This document shows, one piece after another, positions 11,171-20,708 of a stretch of DNA of 64,000 nucleotides. Position 1 is the first letter of the stretch. Each line of letters begins with the position of its first letter. Origin of the DNA: Candidatus Cloacimonadota bacterium (lineage in GTDB: Bacteria > Muiribacteriota > UBA6191); NCBI GenBank assembly GCA_023954715.1, contig JAGSHD010000001.1:364468-428467 (forward strand). The letters run 5' to 3'. A program made the position numbers and the translations under genes. The notes under the pieces were generated by a model. The model was given only the letters and a program-made list of their open reading frames with translations. It had not been told where the DNA came from and ran no database searches.

Positions 11171-11629
11171 TTACAACCATCTTCTCACTTTTTCACAATA
11201 TTCTTTATAGTCTTCATGAAATATTTTACTTAAAATAGCTTCTTCGGGTTTAATCTGATATTTAGACATATACATCTTAAACAAAACAGAAATTATAAAA
11301 CCCATATAATGTCCACTATACCAAGCAAATCCCACAACAATGAAAGCCATTCCAAGATACATAGGGTTTCGAGTAAGTTGATAAATACCGCCACATACCA
11401 AAGTACTAGATTGACTTGGGTTTAAGGGATTTACAGTTGTAGAGTTTTTTCTAAATGAATAAACACCCATCAATGCTACAAGGATACCCAAGCTGATAGA
11501 AATTAAAAATATCTCTTTACCAAAGGGTAGAGGTAAAACTCCACTTGGATCTACAACTCTTAAAGAGTAAGTTAAAACCATTGCCACTAAGACTACTATC
11601 ACCGGCGGTATTTTTAATTCTAGGTTCAT
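11171..11629 (-). CDS. Isoprenylcysteine carboxyl methyltransferase (ICMT) family membrane protein
   Basis: 152 aa and polytopic. The ICMT motif GIYQLTRNPMYLG is present. Confidence 0.62.
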   Translation of the reverse strand: MNLELKIPPVIVVLVAMVLTYSLRVVDPSGVLPLPFGKEIFLISISLGILVALMGVYSFRKNSTTVNPLNPSQSSTLVCGGIYQLTRNPMYLGMAFIVVGFAWYSGHYMGFIISVLFKMYMSKYQIKPEEAILSKIFHEDYKEYCEKVRRWL

Positions 11630-11655
11630 TTTATGGCCTTTATGAAATAAATATT

Positions 11656-11788
11656 GTAACTATTCAGTAATAATTTTTCAATTTGCTTACAAAGGTTGAT
11701 GATAAGATAGACCGCATACGTAAAGCACAAACTACGAAAAACTTTAATGCTCCGTAACTTTTATCGAAGAAAATACCTGAATAATTAC
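11656..11788 (+). mobile_element. MITE-like element, copy A (133-bp internally deleted variant)
   Basis: 5' TIR GTAACTATTCAG and 3' TIR CTGAATAATTAC. A perfect 8-bp direct repeat TAAATATT flanks it at 11648-11655 and 11789-11796. It aligns to the two ends of the 227-bp copies and lacks the central ~95 bp. Confidence 0.8.
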
Positions 11789-11861
11789 TAAATATTTAGT
11801 TATTATTTATCAATAAAAAGATACTATACTATCAAGCTAATATCTGACAAAATTCAAATAA

Positions 11862-12752
11862 TTGATGTATACTAATAATATGAAAATACTTTTATTTATA
11901 ATTTTAGTTTTGAATGTATACTCAAATGTATCAGATCAAAAGATTAACCTCGAAAAAGACCAATGGATTGGCCTTGGTTTTTTCTTGGCTCCCTATGAGT
12001 TAAACAAAATCCCAAAGTATTATAAGCAGTGTTACTCCAATGATAGATTTTTCTTAAAATTACCATACAATAGTTACCATCACAAAATTTTAAGCGCTGT
12101 CAAATGGCATAAAGACGTCTTAGAGTTAAAAACAGAAAGTGGTGAACCCATATACTGTAAACAAAGTTCTAAAGGCATTATCGAAGAGCTCATCTTTTAT
12201 AAAGATCTTCTACATGCCAAAAAGAAATATATAAATACTACTTTTTGGACCAAACAAAACTTTATGTATGTTCATGACCGAAAACGAAGAGTAAAAAAAT
12301 ATAAAACTCCAAGGTTTCAAGCACTAAAAGTTAAAAAAGTAGATTTGGCTCCTGTACATGAAAACCACTCAATTCGTATTCACCTCGAAACCGAAAAAGG
12401 CCTCCCGGGTTTTTTTGATATCTCATATACCGGAGTCAACCGAGTCGGAGAAATAGAAGGACTAAAAGAGTATTTCTTTTTACAGGATCCAAGAGTTGTT
12501 TTTGGTATGAACAATGATATTTTTAAACACGTCATAAATAAAAATGTCGTCATCGGAATGACCATTGAACAAGTACTGTTAACCATTGGTAAACCCAAAA
12601 AGTTTTACCAAAATAATCATAATACTACCCTTTTATACTACAATAAAATTCAAGACAATGAGATCGAATATCATTTTTATAAAAAGAGATTAACAAATAT
12701 CGTTGATATAGCAGACGACGAGTGGAACAGCGATGAGTTTGGTGAATTATGA
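11862..12752 (+). CDS. Hypothetical secreted protein
   Basis: 296 aa with a signal-peptide-like N-terminus. Its stop overlaps the next start (ATGA). Confidence 0.5.
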   Translation: MMYTNNMKILLFIILVLNVYSNVSDQKINLEKDQWIGLGFFLAPYELNKIPKYYKQCYSNDRFFLKLPYNSYHHKILSAVKWHKDVLELKTESGEPIYCKQSSKGIIEELIFYKDLLHAKKKYINTTFWTKQNFMYVHDRKRRVKKYKTPRFQALKVKKVDLAPVHENHSIRIHLETEKGLPGFFDISYTGVNRVGEIEGLKEYFFLQDPRVVFGMNNDIFKHVINKNVVIGMTIEQVLLTIGKPKKFYQNNHNTTLLYYNKIQDNEIEYHFYKKRLTNIVDIADDEWNSDEFGEL

Positions 12753-13318
12753 GTCACTATCATTATTATCAAACAGAAACTCAGTTTCTTGATCAAGAGA
12801 AAAAACAAAGAAAAAAACAATTTCGTAAATATAAAAGTCGATCTCAAAAGGCTAGTAAATATAGCTCTGAAACAATAAATACATATTTTAAAACCAAGAA
12901 GATACCTTCTTTTCATGTAACAAGCTTTCGACTCGTGACTAAGCTTAATAATCATTGGTTAAAAATATGTGGCCCAATTTTGTATCCCTATCTTAGGATT
13001 TATGAGCTTCAAGGAACTCAGCTAACTTTAATCGCACAAAGCGGTATCTGGCTTCAACAAGCAAGGTTTTTAGAGCGTGAACTTATTAAAAAGATAAAGC
13101 TAATTTTACCTGAAATCAATTTAGAAAAAATCGCCATTAAAGTACAATACTTTCAAACTAAAAAAACTAAGTCTACTAAAGAGTCTAAACTACCTCCTAG
13201 GCAAAAATCGGATCATATACAAATCAATAAAAACGAGATCCAAGATGACATTGGTAAAATGAGTCTAAAGCAAAAAATGCAGTACATGATAGATAAAGCA
13301 AACGAGCCTGAAAACTAA
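12749..13318 (+). CDS. Hypothetical basic protein (possibly DUF721/DciA-like)
   Basis: 189 aa with a lysine-rich N-terminus followed by a segment weakly resembling DUF721. Low certainty. Confidence 0.4.
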   Translation: MSHYHYYQTETQFLDQEKKQRKKQFRKYKSRSQKASKYSSETINTYFKTKKIPSFHVTSFRLVTKLNNHWLKICGPILYPYLRIYELQGTQLTLIAQSGIWLQQARFLERELIKKIKLILPEINLEKIAIKVQYFQTKKTKSTKESKLPPRQKSDHIQINKNEIQDDIGKMSLKQKMQYMIDKANEPEN

Positions 13319-13349
13319 AAAACTGTAAGAAATCTCTCACAGTTTTTTT
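13315..13349. terminator. Bidirectional intrinsic terminator between convergent genes
   Basis: Hairpin AACTGTAAGA-aatc-TCTCACAGTT with an A-tract upstream and a T-tract downstream. Confidence 0.55.
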
Positions 13350-13387
13350 AGTCTCTTCACTTCTGAGCCATCGGCTCCAATTTTAAT

Positions 13388-16018
13388 CTAGCTTGTCTTT
13401 TTTGCTGGTGCTTTTTTAGTAGTAGTTTTTTTTGCTGCTGTTTTTTTAGCTGGAGCCTTCTTCTTTGTAGCAGTTTTCTTTTTTGCTGTTTCAGCTTTAG
13501 GTTTTTTCTCGGCTGGTTCTTTCTTTTTTCTAGGTTCGAATTCGAAGCCATATTTACCATTTGCTTTTACAAACAACATAGCATTAAATGGACGATCTCT
13601 TTTAGATATAAAGTTAGTTAATAACTCTGTTTTACCTGCTTGAAAAAAAGATAAGGCCTCTTCTTCAGTAATTGGTCTCTTGCACACTAATAATGGGATT
13701 CGTCCTACAAAAGGTCCGTCCCCAGCAGACTTAGGTCTCTTACCCAAAATTTTTGGATAATCTCCACCTTCAAAATAAAAAGCTTCATTTGTTTTCTTAA
13801 AGACACCTGGCATCGATAGATATTCACTTTCTACATTTTTTTCAAATTCTACTTCTTCTTTTTCTTGAAGTTCTTTTGTCGATTTTGCTCGAATGGACTC
13901 ATACTTACCATCATCCGTCACTCGAAGGACTTCAACAGTAAACTCTTTGTTCATTTCGAGCTTTCCTTGAAAAGTTTTTCCATCTGGGTAGATCAAAGTA
14001 GTATCTTCTGTCTCTTTTTTCTCAAGAAAATCAACAACATAGCTTCTATGAATCAGTTTTCCACAATACTCTTTATGAAGCATAAAGTCACATTCAGAGT
14101 CTTTCTTTGTGTTTTTTTCACAAGCATATCCAAACATGTTTTCAAATAAATCAGAACTACATTTTGGACATTTGCCAACAGATGACTCTGCAGCATATAA
14201 ATCCTCATATTGAAAGTCTTTTAGCTGACCTATAACTTCATTTACATAAGATACGATTATTTTGTCATAGTCTTTTTTTACTAACTCTTTTGATTCAAGT
14301 TTTTGCAGGTCTGTCTCAAGATTTGCAGTCAACTCTACCGATGATAGTCTCTCCACTTTAACTCTTTGGATAACATCTAACAGTCGAATCGCTTTAGAAG
14401 TAGCTCTTAAAGAGTTACCGAGTCGGGTAACATATCCCACACTAATCAACTTTTCAATGATATCTGCTCTAGTAGCAGGAGTTCCAATTCCCTTGCCAGC
14501 CATTACTTCCATTAGGTTTTCATCTTCTACGGTTTTACCGGCAAACTCCATTAAGCTTAACAATCTTGCTTCACCAATTCGGGCTGGTGGCTTGGTCATC
14601 AAGGCTTCATCCTCGTAACCATCTGAAGTAACATTTTCTGATTTTAAGGCATTGAGTGCATTTGTCTGTGACTCATTGACTCCAAATACTTCTCTCCAAC
14701 CAAGAACCTTTAGATATCGTCCTTTAGTTTGAAAAGTATGGTCTTTAACTATTGTCTTTCTATCAATATTCTCCCAAACTGCATCTGGGTAGAATATAGC
14801 TATAGTTCTTTTTACAACTAGCTCATAAACTCTTTTATCATCGCCTTCTAAAGTCTTTTTACCTTGTTCACCAGTTGGAATAATTGCAAAGTGATCTGAA
14901 ATCTTTTTGTTATCAAATACTTTTTTGTTTCCACCACTGATTTTAGAAATAATTGGACTCGCAAATTTTCTAAACTCTGGGGATATGTTAGATAGAGCCT
15001 CTTTTAAGTAGTCCACATAATCTTCTGGTAAATGTTTAGAGTCTGTTCTAGGGTAAGTCAACATTTTATGTTGTTCATATAATCTTTGAGCAGCTTGCAA
15101 AGTTCTTGAAGCACTAATACCATAACGAGTATTTGCTTCTCTTTGAAGAGAGGTCAAATCAAACAATGGAAAAGCCGCTTGTTTTGCATCTTTTCTTGTT
15201 TCTGAAGCAGTAATTTGCCCAGAAAAAGAGGTTAAATCAGATAATATTTTATCTTTTTGCGCTTTGTCGTAGATTCGGTCCTTATGATCTCCAGTAATTG
15301 GTAGTATCAATTGACCAACATAGTTATGGTCACTAGCAGAAAAATCACCTTTAATACGAAAATACTCTTTTGGTACGTGAACCATGATTTCTAGCTCTCG
15401 TTTTACCAACATACTTAAAGTAGGAGTTTGTACTCTACCCACAGTAAAAACAGTTTTATTAAATCTTGCAGATAGTCTCTTAGTTATGGCTCTAGTTCCA
15501 TTAATACCGATTAACCAATCTGACTCAGATCTAGCTTTAGCAGCAGCGGCTAACCCTTCGTATTTTTCACTGTCTTCTAAATTATCAAAACCTTCAATGA
15601 TGGCTTCTTTGGTCATAGATGAAAGCCATAGTCGTTTTGAATCGAGCTTAACCTTTTCTTTTTCTATGATTTCGCGAAAGATTAATTCTCCTTCACGTCC
15701 AGCATCACAACCGTTGATGACCACATCAATATCTTTTCTTTTTAATAAAGTTTTAACAATTTTGTATTGAGATCTTGTTCTATGGACTACTTTGTATTTA
15801 AAAGTAGAAGGAATAATCGGAAGTTCGCTTAACAACCAAGGTTTGTATTTTTTATCGATATCTTCAGGGTTTTGTAATTCTAATAAATGGCCAATCGCCC
15901 AAGTAACAATATGAGTATCATTTTCAAAATACCCTTCGTTTTTGTCTTTAACTTTCAAAGCTTTTGAAATGTCTGTTGCAACACTTGGTTTCTCAGTTAT
16001 AACTAAAATTTTTCCCAT
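13388..16018 (-). CDS. topB: DNA topoisomerase III (type IA) with a Zn-ribbon and a histone-H1-like Lys/Ala-rich C-terminal tail
   Basis: 876 aa. The N-terminus ITEKPSVATDI...VTWAIGHLLEL gives the Toprim and TopB signatures. A CPKCSSDL...CEKN zinc ribbon is present. The last ~45 residues are KKPKAETAKKKTATKKKAPAKKTAAKKTTTKKAPAKKTS. Confidence 0.82.
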   Translation of the reverse strand: MGKILVITEKPSVATDISKALKVKDKNEGYFENDTHIVTWAIGHLLELQNPEDIDKKYKPWLLSELPIIPSTFKYKVVHRTRSQYKIVKTLLKRKDIDVVINGCDAGREGELIFREIIEKEKVKLDSKRLWLSSMTKEAIIEGFDNLEDSEKYEGLAAAAKARSESDWLIGINGTRAITKRLSARFNKTVFTVGRVQTPTLSMLVKRELEIMVHVPKEYFRIKGDFSASDHNYVGQLILPITGDHKDRIYDKAQKDKILSDLTSFSGQITASETRKDAKQAAFPLFDLTSLQREANTRYGISASRTLQAAQRLYEQHKMLTYPRTDSKHLPEDYVDYLKEALSNISPEFRKFASPIISKISGGNKKVFDNKKISDHFAIIPTGEQGKKTLEGDDKRVYELVVKRTIAIFYPDAVWENIDRKTIVKDHTFQTKGRYLKVLGWREVFGVNESQTNALNALKSENVTSDGYEDEALMTKPPARIGEARLLSLMEFAGKTVEDENLMEVMAGKGIGTPATRADIIEKLISVGYVTRLGNSLRATSKAIRLLDVIQRVKVERLSSVELTANLETDLQKLESKELVKKDYDKIIVSYVNEVIGQLKDFQYEDLYAAESSVGKCPKCSSDLFENMFGYACEKNTKKDSECDFMLHKEYCGKLIHRSYVVDFLEKKETEDTTLIYPDGKTFQGKLEMNKEFTVEVLRVTDDGKYESIRAKSTKELQEKEEVEFEKNVESEYLSMPGVFKKTNEAFYFEGGDYPKILGKRPKSAGDGPFVGRIPLLVCKRPITEEEALSFFQAGKTELLTNFISKRDRPFNAMLFVKANGKYGFEFEPRKKKEPAEKKPKAETAKKKTATKKKAPAKKTAAKKTTTKKAPAKKTS

Positions 16019-16385
16019 AATTATCCTACAAAAATATGATTGATATTTTTAACACTTGAAGTATAGTTTGAACACCAGCATTGATAAACCCATCATTACT
16101 GCCATTAAAATTAACATAATTTTGCAGTTTGCATTATTTTTTGAGTGATATCAAAATTTTTTTAAAAATGGTTTAAATTGTAACTATTTGAATAGTCCAA
16201 AAGCTACTTTATTTTATTTTCATTGATTTGCATAGCCTAGAAGCTATTGATATTACTTTAAAATGGATGCTCTTGTTTCAAAAAGTATAGTTAAAATTTT
16301 AAGACAATAAAGCTAAATACAATACTTTTAGACATAGTTATATTATACTATTTAATAAATAGAGTAACTTACCTTCTGGAATATC

Positions 16386-16568
16386 ATGGATCATCGTAGC
16401 GACAAGTCATATAAAAAAAATCAATCTTATAAACAAAAAAGAGACCTAGTTTATCTCTTTTTTATCTTATGGACAGTCTTTTATCCTCTAGACTTTTATA
16501 TAACACTTCCGGCCTTAGGACTATCTTATTTATTTTTTCAGCAAATTGAAAAACGACTTATTTTATGA
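16386..16568 (+). CDS. Possible small membrane protein (60 aa)
   Basis: ORF with one predicted TM segment. Unsupported otherwise. Confidence 0.2.
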   Translation: MDHRSDKSYKKNQSYKQKRDLVYLFFILWTVFYPLDFYITLPALGLSYLFFQQIEKRLIL

Positions 16569-16919
16569 GTCTTCTTTAGTTTCACTTTCTTTAGCCTCTA
16601 AAGCTTGTTGAGCATCTCTTTCTTCAAACAATCTTAAATACTCGTTTGTTTCAGCCAATTCATTTTTTACCTCAAGCATAGAGGCAGGGTTATAAGAGTA
16701 TACTCCAAAACCAATCAAACTAACTATACCGATGGCAGTTAACATAGCCTGCTTATCCTCTATCATGCTAGCTAATACAAAAACCACCATAACAACAATA
16801 TAGCCATTTTTCTTTTTCTCTTCTTCTTCTTTGAGTAAATCGAGTAACTCGACTCTTCTCTCTAAAAGTGTATTGCGATTGAGTTGAATGCTCTTTGGTT
16901 CTATTCTACCTAATTCCAT
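16563..16919 (-). CDS. Hypothetical membrane protein
   Basis: 118 aa with two hydrophobic helices (VVMVVFVLASMI, AIGIVSLIGFGVY). It lies 8 bp downstream of the 842-aa ORF. Confidence 0.45.
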   Translation of the reverse strand: MELGRIEPKSIQLNRNTLLERRVELLDLLKEEEEKKKNGYIVVMVVFVLASMIEDKQAMLTAIGIVSLIGFGVYSYNPASMLEVKNELAETNEYLRLFEERDAQQALEAKESETKEDS

Positions 16920-16926
16920 TTTGTTC

Positions 16927-19455
16927 CTAGTTATTTTGTGATGAAAACGATAATCTACTTTTCACCAATAGTGGTCGTAACTGAATTGAATGTTGCTTTT
17001 CTAGTAACTTATAAAGTTTACATAGTTTATCCTCATCATACAAGCCAAGATCTAATTGTTTTAAGTAAGCTAAGGCTCTCGGGTCCATTACATTTTCAAG
17101 TAGCTTTTTTTCTGCGTACAAAAACATAGCATTCTTAAAATTATTTTGTAATCGAAAGCATTCGATCAAATACTTGAAGCCTTCTTGACTCTCGTCTGTC
17201 TCAAAACATAGATAACCTAAATAATAAAACAAGCGATAGTCGTCCGGAAATTTATCACGAATCAATCTTTTGCAAAGATTTTTCATTTCTTCGTAGTCTT
17301 TTTTACCAGTAGCTAAAAACAAAACATTTTCAATTTGGGCATGATAATAGATCGCTTCTTCGGGTTCTTTCTTTTGTCCCATTTGAGAAAGCACTTTTAC
17401 CGAAATAAAATTACCACTCTCAAAAGCATCAAACAATGACCCAACCTTATCTCTACTATGTAGATAGCTTGTTGTCTTTAAAGAGTAAACAATTGTATTA
17501 CTAGTCCCGTCCACTAAAAATAGTTTATACCGGCTTTGATTCAACTCTAAAAGCTGGTTTAGTGTCTCTGGACTGATCACACCCTCGTTTCTATCAATTT
17601 TTATAGTGCCAGCCATATTGAGTAAACTTATATCTAAAGAGAAGGATTGCTCCTTAGAATCAAAAATAATATAATCTATTTGAGATATAGCTTCAAACCA
17701 TTTTCTAAGGGATTTTCTATCAGAATATAAAAAGATAGCTAACTCATTGTTAGAGCTTTGTTCTTGGTGAAATTTAGCTACTTTAAACTCTCCGCTAAGT
17801 ACCCCAAATACCTTTTTGATCTCCCCACTTAACTGAATTGTTGACTGATTTGGCACAAAAGGGTTTTCACTCAAAAAGTCGGAGAATAATCGCTGAAAAG
17901 ACTCTAGTTTAACTTGGCTCCATTTATATACCTCTAAATTTTTCATTAGAGCAGAGGGAGTTTTTTGCCAACCTAATCGTCGAAACCCCTTCAAAAGAGG
18001 ATCATTTTGTAGACCTTGAAAGCCTTGTGACTCCTTAGTTATTTTTTGTAACTCATCAGAGTCAATCTCTAGAGCTTTTGCTGCTGAGAATAAAAGCTGA
18101 CCTCTTTCTGCATCAATTTTTTCATCTACTTGGGCCATTCGGATTAAACGAGACATTAATTTTGTCTTGTTTAAATTTTCATTTTGAACGATTTTATTAT
18201 GGCGAAGCTCTCTAAAAACTTCTCGAAGCATTCTTCTATAGGCGGCCGTAGGTATTTTAAAAGAACTTATAGCTCTTTTAATGATAGTGCGTTCTTCGTC
18301 AGAAACACTCCTATCTTTATAAATCTCTTTTAAAAACTCCGAAACAATCATATATCGATCAAAGTTAGCTCCTGATCCTGACTTAGATAAACCGAGTAAA
18401 GCCCTCAATACCGAGTGAGGACTTTTTTTAATACGAATGCGAACTTCATCCAACATAATTGGGCCAATGCGATGTATATAAGCTTCTGGAATCCAATAGT
18501 ACAACTCAGAAAGAATCGGTAAATAATAATAGTTGAACTCAAATTTTTCATAGTTTTCTATTAAGTCCAAAGTAAACTTATACAAATCGACAAACGCAGC
18601 TAAACACCCCTTTTGAAAAAAAGAAAACATACTCTGAAAGTAATATTGCATTACTCCATCCATATTTTGATGATAGTGCCCTTTAAAGTCTAAATCCTCA
18701 TTAGTAATAATCTCCAAGGACTTTCTTTGAATGTGTCTTGCTACCTCAATAAATCGTTTATCATAAGGAGTATGATGGGCATATTGTAACAAAATAGGAA
18801 AAGTATCTAAAAATGCCACCAATAAATCATTGTTATTCACTTTTTTGATAATACTTGGATAAATTTCACAAATGTTTTCAACAAAATCTCGGATTTCTTG
18901 GGGTTCTCTTCTTTGAAATACATCCCAATATTCGTTCCAGACGCAATGGGCAAAAGCTACGTAGTCATGTTGAGTTTCACAACTACGAAAACGAGTTTTA
19001 AAGGTTAATTTGGTATCTGATATATTTTCAGACGATGTATTCACACCGCTTGCAATCGAACTCGATAAAAATACTTGTGGAGTGGAAATTAACTCCTTTG
19101 ATTTTTTGGCTCCATCATAAGAGTTACTTTTTGAAAAAATTTTACGAATCACTTTTAAAATAACCGGAGAAGACTCATTATTTAGGTCCTCAAGCACCCA
19201 CAAAAGTCTAGTTTTTAAAGTCTTTTTTTCAGTGCTCCATCGATCAGGGATAGAAAATAATTGTCGATATAATGTATCGTAAAATTGTGCAAATAAAACA
19301 TCTTCTTCAAGAATCAAACTCTTAGTTGATTTTAAATTTTTATCAACCAACTCTCTCCAAGAATAAAACGAATTTACATCAGAATTATTGGAACTAAATG
19401 TATCGAAAAGATTTGTGATGGAAACTAAATCTTGTTTAATTCCTTTTTTTACCAT
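16927..19455 (-). CDS. Large hypothetical protein (842 aa), no recognisable domain
   Basis: Long uninterrupted ORF with local codon usage. No P-loop, HExxH or other motif seen. Confidence 0.55.
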   Translation of the reverse strand: MVKKGIKQDLVSITNLFDTFSSNNSDVNSFYSWRELVDKNLKSTKSLILEEDVLFAQFYDTLYRQLFSIPDRWSTEKKTLKTRLLWVLEDLNNESSPVILKVIRKIFSKSNSYDGAKKSKELISTPQVFLSSSIASGVNTSSENISDTKLTFKTRFRSCETQHDYVAFAHCVWNEYWDVFQRREPQEIRDFVENICEIYPSIIKKVNNNDLLVAFLDTFPILLQYAHHTPYDKRFIEVARHIQRKSLEIITNEDLDFKGHYHQNMDGVMQYYFQSMFSFFQKGCLAAFVDLYKFTLDLIENYEKFEFNYYYLPILSELYYWIPEAYIHRIGPIMLDEVRIRIKKSPHSVLRALLGLSKSGSGANFDRYMIVSEFLKEIYKDRSVSDEERTIIKRAISSFKIPTAAYRRMLREVFRELRHNKIVQNENLNKTKLMSRLIRMAQVDEKIDAERGQLLFSAAKALEIDSDELQKITKESQGFQGLQNDPLLKGFRRLGWQKTPSALMKNLEVYKWSQVKLESFQRLFSDFLSENPFVPNQSTIQLSGEIKKVFGVLSGEFKVAKFHQEQSSNNELAIFLYSDRKSLRKWFEAISQIDYIIFDSKEQSFSLDISLLNMAGTIKIDRNEGVISPETLNQLLELNQSRYKLFLVDGTSNTIVYSLKTTSYLHSRDKVGSLFDAFESGNFISVKVLSQMGQKKEPEEAIYYHAQIENVLFLATGKKDYEEMKNLCKRLIRDKFPDDYRLFYYLGYLCFETDESQEGFKYLIECFRLQNNFKNAMFLYAEKKLLENVMDPRALAYLKQLDLGLYDEDKLCKLYKLLEKQHSIQLRPLLVKSRLSFSSQNN

Positions 19456-19656
19456 ATATAAACCTATCTTATTTTTAATCTATGCAGCAAAATTACAAAA
19501 ACATATTGTGTACTACAGTGGTCTGTTGACATATATTAAGCTATTTGGGTAGTTTTTGTCATGCTTTTATTATCTTGAGGTGACATTTTTCTAGCTAAAA
19601 TAATTATATCACTAGAGCCTTTCAAACTAAATAGATGGGCTAATCCTTAAACTATT

Positions 19657-19883
19657 GTAACTATTCAGATATAATTTTTCATTTTATCCACAAAGCTTGA
19701 TTACACATAGTTTTTTGATCATTGTTATATTTTATATTTACAGCTTTTGAAGTGTAGTGAACTACTCGAAAAAAGCTTTAGATACAAAGAATGATGATGA
19801 GCTAAACCGCATCAATAAAGCTAAAAGTGCGAAAAGCTTGTATGCTCCTCGTATTTTATCGAAGAGATCACCTGAATAATTAC
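19657..19883 (+). mobile_element. MITE-like element, copy B (227 bp)
   Basis: TIRs GTAACTATTCAG / CTGAATAATTAC. A perfect 8-bp TSD AAACTATT lies at 19649-19656 and 19884-19891. Confidence 0.85.
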
Positions 19884-19979
19884 AAACTATTTTTATTCTA
19901 TTTGAATTTACTATATGCTTTTAGTATATTCAGCTATAAGCTTATTAGGCAAACAAACTATCTAAGGACCCTATTTACA

Positions 19980-20708
19980 GTGAATCAAATCGTAATATCT
20001 GAAGATGAAATAACAAACAATACCATAGAGATTTTAAGCACTGATACAAGATACAAACATCTTACTACAGTTTTAAAACCCAAAGTAGGAGCAAAACTTA
20101 AAGCTTGTATCTTAAATCAAGGCCATACCCAACTTATATTGCATGAAGTCTATCCTCAAAAGCTTGTTTTTACTTTTGATCAAATACAAAATACAAAGCA
20201 TAACAATTTAAACTTAATCGTTGGATTAAGTCGCCCTCCAAGTATGAAAAAACTTCTCGAGCATGGTTCATGTATGGGTGTGACTAATTTTACTGTGGCA
20301 AAAACTAAATTAAGTGAAAAGTCTTTTTTACAATCAAAAGTTTTTCATGATCACTCCATTTCTACTTTGTTAAATTTAGGTCTTTCTCAATCAGTTCAGC
20401 ACTACAAGCTTCCTAGCTTTGATTTATCGCCTGATTATAAGCAAGTTTCCCTTTCTAATTTTTCAAAAGCAAATCGTTTCATCTTATGTCCTAGTGCTGA
20501 TCTTTGGCTAAGTAAGGATTTAATAGATTTTAATCAAGATATTACACTTGCTATTGGATGCGAACGTGGCTTTACTAAGCAAGAAGAAGAGCACTTTCAA
20601 GAGTACAACTTTATACCAATTAAGATTTCTAACTCTATCTTACGTGTGGAGATTGCCGTGTATTCTATTCTTTCTCAAATCGAACTTCTAAGGAACCAAT
20701 ATGATTAA
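19980..20708 (+). CDS. rsmE: 16S rRNA (uracil1498-N3)-methyltransferase RsmE
   Basis: The C-terminal SPOUT block AIGCERGFTKQEEE...NFIPIKISNSILRVEIAVYSILSQI matches the RsmE family. The start is placed at GTG 19980, giving 242 aa. The six-frame ORF start at 19827 lies inside the MITE and is rejected. Confidence 0.68.
   Translation: MNQIVISEDEITNNTIEILSTDTRYKHLTTVLKPKVGAKLKACILNQGHTQLILHEVYPQKLVFTFDQIQNTKHNNLNLIVGLSRPPSMKKLLEHGSCMGVTNFTVAKTKLSEKSFLQSKVFHDHSISTLLNLGLSQSVQHYKLPSFDLSPDYKQVSLSNFSKANRFILCPSADLWLSKDLIDFNQDITLAIGCERGFTKQEEEHFQEYNFIPIKISNSILRVEIAVYSILSQIELLRNQYD

Noticed and set aside
13357-13560. 67-aa Lys/Gln-rich ORF
   Set aside because: It is an alternative-frame reading of the simple-sequence DNA that encodes the topoisomerase's lysine-rich tail. 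It is a low-complexity artefact.
16180-16210. gtaactatttgaatagt resembling the MITE terminus
   Set aside because: Only a 9-nt match to the TIR. No second end and no internal similarity. This is chance similarity in AT-rich DNA.
19827-19979. N-terminal extension of the rsmE ORF in the six-frame track (MRKACMLLVFYRRDHLNNY…)
   Set aside because: The first ~19 codons are encoded by the 3' end of MITE copy B. The same peptide start reappears at the copy C ORF. The true start is more likely GTG 19980, which gives a canonical 242-aa RsmE.
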